From positions 23,685,253 to 23,745,603 of the forward strand of contig NC_068997.1 in NCBI RefSeq assembly GCF_001194135.2: a stretch of 60,351 nucleotides of DNA. The letters are read 5' to 3'. Shown in pieces: positions 51,933-60,351 of the stretch. The stretch's first letter is position 1. Each line of letters begins with the position of its first letter. The position numbers and the translations under genes are program-made. This stretch comes from Octopus bimaculoides (lineage: Eukaryota). The notes below the pieces were generated by a model. The model made no database searches, was not told the DNA's origin, and saw only the letters and a list, made by a program, of their open reading frames with translations.

Positions 51933-52747
51933 ACATCCAGGGATAATTTTTATCGCAGTGATCGTGTTTAGGATGCAAAGGCCTTTGTTAAGAGTGGGGC
52001 TCTAAGTGAATCACAGGCATTCCTTCACCGGTTCGTATTAATTGTTTTACCGAAGTACAGACGTTTAGTGTGGTGGTGGTACCGTAGGTTGAAGAATTGG
52101 CGGTGGTGATTGTTTCGTACTTAAGTTGATTTAATTATCATTTAAACTTTCTGAAAGAAAAAAAACAGCGCTTTGTTTTCGTCATTTAAAAATTTTTTAT
52201 TTTGATTTTTTTGTTTTACTTTTTGTAATTAATATACAATTTAAATACTATTAATCGCTTGATTCTTTGCTATTTTTTTCTCTTTTTTCATGTTTTCGTC
52301 CTTTTATGTCTTTTTTCTAACATTTTGGAATGAATATTGCAGGGTGGTTGGGGAGGTGGAAATGTCTGTGTGTGTGAGAGAGAGAGCGTATGAATGCGTA
52401 TGTGTACATGTGTGTGCGGGTGTGTATGAGTATGTATGTGTGTGAATGTGTATGTATCGATGTATATCATAAAATTACTTTGTTAGTGGGACATTTTTCT
52501 CTATATGTAGATCGTTACATGTATAAAAATGTGTGCATACATACGCACACATACATATATATACATGTATACACATAGATAAACATATATATTAATGTAT
52601 ATATATATATATATATACTCATTTCTGTATACATATTTATATTCACACACGCACACATTATAGAGAAAGTGTTTCTATGTGCGTATACGCATGAGTAAAC
52701 GAGAGTACATGAATGTGAATATATATGGAGGAGGGTCTGTATATGTG

Positions 52748-52805
<58 letters not shown>

Positions 52806-53559
52806 AATTGTGTTTACTCAATAAATCCATTATCAGTAATTAGCGGACTTTTAGCCTTTTCGTTGATCAAGAAAATTTGTTGTTTTTCGCCACTTAAATA
52901 TGTCAACCCCGCCCCTCTAACATCTTTCACCTGCCCAGCGCGGCCGCCTCACCCACATACTCATATACCTCCTCATCTTTCTCCTCCACCTCCTCCTTTT
53001 GCTCTGTATCATCATCATTGTCATCGACACCATTACATCAACCACCTCCACCACCACCACCACCACCACCACCATCACCATTATCAACACTATGAGAGAC
53101 ATCGCCAATCACCACGAAATAATACACGAACGATGTGGTGCTGAAGATGGTGGCGGTGTTTCGGGTGGGTGGTGGTGTTGCTGATGCTGGTGGAATTAAG
53201 GGTGGAATGTGTTGGTGTGAATGATGTTGAAGATGAGGGTGAAACGGTTGGAGGTGAGATGGTGTTGGTATTGCTGGCGATGGTGGGGATGGTGGAGGTG
53301 ACAAGGGTAGGAGTGGTAATGGTGTTGGTAGGAGTGGTGTTGCTGGTGATGGTGGTGGTGGTGGTGGTGGTGTCGATGATAAAAAGAAACTTCAACGACA
53401 CTAAATGTTTCTTATGATTTGATTAATGTATAATTAGTCCTCTTAATGAATTGCTTTTTTATCATCGTCAACGAACACCCAACAACACCCCCACCCCTCC
53501 ACCTCCACTCCTATCCTCCTTCATCTTTTACCGATACCCCACAACCGATACAAATTCCC

Positions 53560-54360
<801 letters not shown>

Positions 54361-54852
54361 TTAAAAATAATAGTCATTAATGTTATAATTACCATTATTA
54401 AAATTGGTTTAATGCCTATAAATACTATATCATTATTAGTTTGTTATTGTCCCCCATTAACTCTCTCTTTTCCATCATCATGATAAACTGCAACAGTAAG
54501 AGCAATTATTTCAATCCGATCGCCCGCTAACTGGATATAAGAAAAACAGGAAATAAGTAAGAAAGGTTTGTCGATCGGTGTAAACGTAGAAAAATTAAAT
54601 AAAAAAAAAACAAGGCCACAGATACACAAGTTTCCCCGCACGGTTCTTCTGTTTGTCGTTTTTTTATAGATTCAAATCGTTTCAACCGTTGCATTGTTTG
54701 ACGGGGCGGACGGTGGCGAGCGTTTTGATTTCCTAAACACTGAAGCAAGATGTGATAGCCATTGATAGGAACAGCCTCCATTGTACTTTGCCTCTACTTT
54801 TTTAGTTTTCTTAATTCCAGCCACATTTAATCCTGTCATATGTATGTGGTGT

Positions 54853-54887
<35 letters not shown>

Positions 54888-55128
54888 TGTGTGTGTGTTT
54901 GTGTGTGTGTGTGTATGTGTATGTGTGTGTGTGTGTATGTGTGTGTGTACTGTTCCGTGATGTTAAGGTCAACAAAAAATGTACTCCCTCTGGTGTGAGA
55001 TAAATATTATTTAATGTACACAATACATGGTTTTTATGTACTACTAATAATTTCATATGTTGAAGAATACCTCTAACATATTCGACAGGCACAAACAACA
55101 TATCATAACGAACTAAAAATTGAATCTT

Positions 55129-55169
<41 letters not shown>

Positions 55170-55299
55170 TTGTTTATAGTGCTCAAATGTTTGTGTAGAC
55201 ATCAGCTCACTCCCTCCATCAGATCGACTTTAGACTGTTTCTGAGAGTTATTCTACTGGACATCTGTCTAATCATTAAAATATTGAAACACGTTTCAAT

Positions 55300-55670
55300 G
55301 CCACGTCAGGTCCACTCCGTTGAACAAAGGCGAGGGAAGATAGGCAGTAATAAACATATGAAAAATTCTGGAAGGACTTGTTCCAAACTTGTTTCAAGGG
55401 TCCGCAACTCTTCAATATCTTCTCAAAAAGCCTGAGAGAGCGACATTGGATGAACGTAGGTATCTTCAAAGCAAAACCGTACCTCCGCTTGTAAGGTGTT
55501 CCGATTGAACTCACATCGCGGGAGAAATCACAGACGAGGGCAGAAGCATTAAACACACGCATTCACCAAACGCCACATATCTGAGGAGATTTCATATGAA
55601 GATGTAGCAAACTAAAAGCGGTAGCCCACCATTCCCGCTGCTCTTCTACTACAAGTTAAAAAGAAAAGAA
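55300..55670 (+). mobile_element. CR1-clade LINE 3' end (ORF2 C-terminus and tail), internally deleted
   Basis: QVHSVEQRR...KILEGLVPN, then FKGPQLFNIFSKSLRE...VGIFKAK...GVPIELTSR...HQTPHI. The tail ends ACAAGTTAAAAAGAAAAGAA. Confidence 0.75.
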
Positions 55671-55685
55671 TGTGTGCGCGTGCAA

Positions 55686-55730
<45 letters not shown>

Positions 55731-56601
55731 CATACATGCATACATGCATGCATACATACATTTATTCATGCATAGAGAAAAGTAACCACATATGTAACTA
55801 CGCTTACATGTGCATGCTTCGTTCAACCATATATATATGCTTAATCACTTGAGATTTCAAAATGGAATGATTTTTTTGAAATTCTTGAAATTTCCATTAT
55901 TATGATCATGTTGCGGACTGGGGAATTCCGAAGTTCGATTAGTGCATTGGCCGATATGTAAATCGATGTATGTGATTTCGGAAATTATAGCAACAGCAAC
56001 AAACGAAACAATGAAGGTTAAAAAAAAAAAGCAAAATAAAAACGACAAAGCAAAAAAGAAAAGAAGAAAAGAAAACTTATGGGCAAAAGAGAAAGAAGAA
56101 ACGGATAACAAATGCTTAGAATATATGTTCTGTAAACTAATTCTTAGTCAAGTTCTTTTCTCGGCTTAAATGAATAATTTAAGTAATGAAAATCATTGTA
56201 AGATTCAAGATACTAAAATTAAAGTTGGATAAAATGAAATATATATATATANNNNNNNNNNNNNNNNNNNNNNNNNNNNNNNNNNNNNNNNNNNNNNNNN
56301 NNNNNNNNNNNNNNNNNNNNNNNNNNNNNNNNNNNNNNNNNNNNNNNNNNNNNNNNNNNNNNNNNNNNNNNNNNNNNNNNNNNNNNNNNNNNNNNNNNNN
56401 NNNNNNNNNNNNNNNNNNNNNNNNNNNNNNNNNNNNNNNNNNNNNNNNNNNNNNNNNNNNNNNNNNNNNNTATACAAATATAAACGCATACATAAATATA
56501 TGCATACATGAGTGCCTACATACATACGTTTGTACGTAGGTATATACACATAAATGTAAGCATATAAGTTTGTACAAATATGTATATATATATATACGTA
56601 T

Positions 56602-56668
<67 letters not shown>

Positions 56669-57144
56669 TACATATGTGTATTTGTGTGCGCGCGTGTATT
56701 TGTGTATAAATATATATAAGCATGGATATGTGTGTTTCTATGTATATGAGTTAAAGTGTTCGAATGATGCATTTGGGAAATTATTGTATGGGATTCGCTC
56801 TCTGCAATTGTAATTGAACCAAGAAACAGTGCAATGAAATATAAACAGTTATTGTTTTCATGTTTCTTTTCCGCTTTCATTTATTTCTTTGCTTATTTAT
56901 TAATTTATTTTCGCAGACAATTCCATATGCTGTTCCTTCGTACTTACGTACGTATATACATACATGCACGCAAACACGCACGCAAACATATATACATATA
57001 TATATCAATATATATGTGTGCATGTGTGTATGTGTGTCAACGTGTATGCATATATGTGCATATATATATATATATGTATGTATACATACATAGATACGTG
57101 CGTACGTGCATATACGCACATATATATATATGCATATATATATA

Positions 57145-57194
<50 letters not shown>

Positions 57195-57912
57195 NNNNNN
57201 NNNNNNNNNNNNNNNNNNNNNNNNNNNNNNNNNNNNNNNNNNNNNNNNNNNNNNNNNNNNNNNNNNNNNNNNNNNNNNNNNNNNNNNNNNNNNNNNNNNN
57301 NNNNNNNNNNNNNNNNNNNNNNNNNNNNNNNNNNNNNNNNNNNNNNNNNNNNNNNNNNNNNNNNNNNNNNNNNNNNNNNNNNNNNNNNNNNNNNNNNNNN
57401 NNNNNNNNNNNNNNNNNNNNNNNNNNNNNNNNNNNNNNNNNNNNNNNNNNNNNNNNNNNNNNNNNNNNNNNNNNNNNNNNNNNNNNNNNNNNNNNNNNNN
57501 NNNNNNNNNNNNNNNNNNNNNNNNNNNNNNNNNNNNNNNNNNNNNNNNNNNNNNNNNNNNNNNNNNNNNNNNNNNNNNNNNNNNNNNNNNNNNNNNNNNN
57601 NNNNNNNNNNNNNNNNNNNNNNNNNNNNNNNNNNNNNNNNNNNNNNNNNNNNNNNNNNNNNNNNNNNNNNNNNNNNNNNNNNNNNNNNNNNNNNNNNNNN
57701 NNNNNNNNNNNNNNNNNNNNNNNNNNNNNNNNNNATATATATAAACATGTGTATATATACATATTTGTATAAATACATATATATCTATATGAATTTGTAT
57801 ATCTATATTTATCTAAAATGGAATGGTGGTAACCACCTCAACGTGGTAGTTTTGCATAGAAAAATGTTAGTATTGTTTTTGACCCCAAGAGGACACCTGC
57901 TCCAGCTGGTTA

Positions 57913-58235
57913 TTTTTATTTATTTATGCGCCCTTTTGAAAGCCCACCCAGGCTCATGGCCCGGTTTCCCGGTGTCTATGGCGTATGTGTTCCCCGTTAG
58001 CTGGACTGGACACCAGTCCATCGCAGCGTTACTCAAGAAACAGGAAGAAAGAATGTGAGAAAGTTAGGGCGAAAGAGTACAACAGGGGTCGCCACCACCC
58101 ACCCCCCTGCCGGAGCCTCGTGGTGCTTTTAAGTGTTTTCGCTGATTAAACATACACAACACCCGGTCTGGAAATCGAAACCGTGATCCTCCGACCGCCA
58201 GTCTGCTGCCCTAACTACTGGGCCATTGCGCCTCT
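57913..58235 (-). mobile_element. Full-length tRNA-derived SINE (family 3) with V-domain-like segment and 9-bp target-site duplication
   Basis: A-box TGGCCCAGTAGTTAGG, B-box GGTTTCGATTTCC, internal GCTGCGATGGACTGGTGTCCAGTCCAG and an (AAAT)n tail. AGCTGGTTA occurs at both 57904-57912 and 58236-58244. Confidence 0.92.
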
Positions 58236-58499
58236 AGCTGGTTAACTATACAATATCTATTGCAAACAAGGGAGAGAACAACACCCTTAACCTCGTAGTT
58301 GCGGTGAGAACCATTACTTTTCAGTACAGTTACTACTTTCATCTCTTTTATAGATTTAAGAACTAGCAACTTCACTTATATCTACCTATTTATACAAGCA
58401 CATATGTATGTATGCATATATGTGTGAGTATATACACATTCAGGGAACTATATGGCCATGGTATAACAACTGTATAATTCCTTTTCAAGAGCTAGGCCT

Positions 58500-58860
58500 C
58501 TTCCAGACTTCTTTAAAATAATAGGCAGTTGCCCAGATATACAAGTCCTCCTTTTGTTCGTTATAGACATTGATAGTGGGGAAAGGTGTATCCAATGCAG
58601 CTTGGGATCCGTGATGTTATTACAAGCTTTGGATGCCATCAGAACGCAAAGCGCCGAAACAGATTTCGCTCTAACATTTTGACAATTATTTTCCTTAGAA
58701 AGGCTACATTGCAATCCACCAATAAATACATGCCATCCAGCATCCATGGATTGAAAGGGTCGCCAACATATATCTTCGGGCAGGACACAAGGTTAAATCT
58801 CTCCTCATATAAAAACAATCTTAGCGTTGCAAACCAACGAACCACGTGACAATGTATACA
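58500..58860 (-). mobile_element. Degraded non-LTR reverse transcriptase relic (motif 4-5 region)
   Basis: IYVGDPFNPWML (cf. QGDPLSPLLF), then KSVSAL plus a frame-broken AF-DGI (cf. SALAFADDI). Confidence 0.35.
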
Positions 58861-59416
58861 CTGATGCCATCGCTTACAACGATTAATTATATTGAAACCT
58901 GTTGTATCTAATTACAGTTTGACGGCCTGGGCTCTTTGCAGCTGAATAAAATAGCATTGGACAAGACAAAGCACAGTAACAACGCACAAATTGCTGACTT
59001 TTCTGTTGGTTTTCTGTAAACCTATTGGCGCATCCATCCGAGATTTTCACAGACATGTAATATTCTCTATCTGATAAAATTAAAGGAGCGAAATAAAAAT
59101 TTCACAACAGCTATTGTTATGTATACAATGCAAAAGATTGGATCACCATCTTGGGGAAACTTTCTCACTCGTCTGTTTAACGCAACAAAACACTGAGTTA
59201 AAACACTGGAACTAGGAATTCTTGCGATTCATGAAATTATTAGATAATATGTATATCGCTATCTGAGAGAGAGAGAGACGGAAAGAGTGACAGTCAGGGA
59301 ATGTGATATGGGGAGATGAATCAAAACATGTACGGATCAGAGAGAGGGGAGAAAGAGAGATGGGAGAGGGAGCAAGGGATTGAGGGAGAGTGAGAGAAAA
59401 GGGAAGAAAAAGAAGA

Positions 59417-59462
<46 letters not shown>

Positions 59463-59768
59463 GAAAGGGGGAGTTGAGGAATTGAGACTGACATACAGAT
59501 TGACAGACTGACAGACAAAGACGGGTAGAGAGAGAGGGGGAGATAGAGAAAGAGAAAGGGGAGNNNNNNNNNNNNNNNNNNNNNNNNNNNNNNNNNNNNN
59601 NNNNNNNNNNNNNNNNNNNNNNNNNNNNNNNNNNNNNNNNNNNNNNNNNNNNNNNNNNNNNNNNNNNNNNNNNNNNNNNNNNNNNNNNNNNNNNNNNNNN
59701 NNNNNNNNNNNNNNNNNNNNNNNNNNNNNNNNNNNNNNNNNNNNNNNNNNNNNNNNNNNNNNNNNNNN

Positions 59769-59849
59769 GAGTGGAAGACAGAAGAAAGGGAGAGAGAGTG
59801 GAAGACAGAAGAAAGGGAGAGAGAGTGGAAGACAGAAGAAAGGGAGAGA
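59769..59849. repeat. 27-bp minisatellite, 3 perfect copies, truncated by a gap
   Basis: GAGTGGAAGACAGAAGAAAGGGAGAGA x3. Confidence 0.97.
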
Positions 59850-60034
59850 GAGAGAGGGAGAGATATGCAGGTAGAGGTAGAGAGCGTGACAAACAGACAG
59901 AATGGAATGCGCAACGAGACATACAGTTTTGCATTCGAGAGTAACTTGGTAGTTATTTCTAACAGTTCTAGTGTAAACTCTCAGAAGAGTGAGAGACAGG
60001 GGGAAAAAGAGAGAGACAATGGAAGAGTGAACGA

Positions 60035-60106
<72 letters not shown>

Positions 60107-60351
60107 CAGAGAAAGAAAAAAGAAAGAAAGACAGAAAGAAAGAAAGAACGTGTTACATGTCATCGTTTTAGTAAGCCATCAGGCTTGAGGTAGTAAACCT
60201 ATGATTCAAAGGATCCATCTGAGTCCACCTCGACAGTGCTAAATAGTTCAAGGAAACATTTTTAAACAGCGTTTCGTGATTGGCGAGCGATTTCGCTATT
60301 AATTCTAGCAAGATGAATGACATCTTTTTGACTGCGAGTTTTGCTGTGTAC

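Noticed and set aside
58160-58234. Possible tRNA gene
   Set aside because: The A and B boxes continue into a SINE body, tail and TSD, and I cannot close an acceptor stem.
59769-59849. Repeat array as CRISPR
   Set aside because: The units are contiguous with no spacers, the context is eukaryotic and there are no cas genes.

Overview
Eukaryotic, AT-rich, repeat-dominated draft-assembly DNA with about 20 N-gaps, most bordered by (TA)n. The repeat repertoire is most consistent with an octopod cephalopod (Octopus); this is recognition from memory, not a database result. No intact protein-coding gene, rRNA, true tRNA or CRISPR array is visible, and nearly all listed ORFs are microsatellite or N read-throughs. 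The window holds many tRNA-derived SINEs (at least three families, two copies with clear target-site duplications). It also holds decayed LINEs (R4/Dong-type restriction-like endonuclease, RTE, CR1), two mariner remnants, a rearranged Tc1/mariner-like element, small MITEs, Penelope-like (PLE) termini and an interstitial (CCCTAA)n tract. Three weak splice-site-defined exon candidates are present. The best hunt result is a near-complete type I hammerhead ribozyme on the minus strand at 48463-48553. It has a palindromic stem III and an unusually long branched stem II, and its 3' half is copied as a 59-bp inverted repeat. Two or three further, sequence-unrelated hammerhead relics sit in other microsatellite-abutting PLE-like termini, and a perfect 36-bp hairpin lies at 43485-43565.
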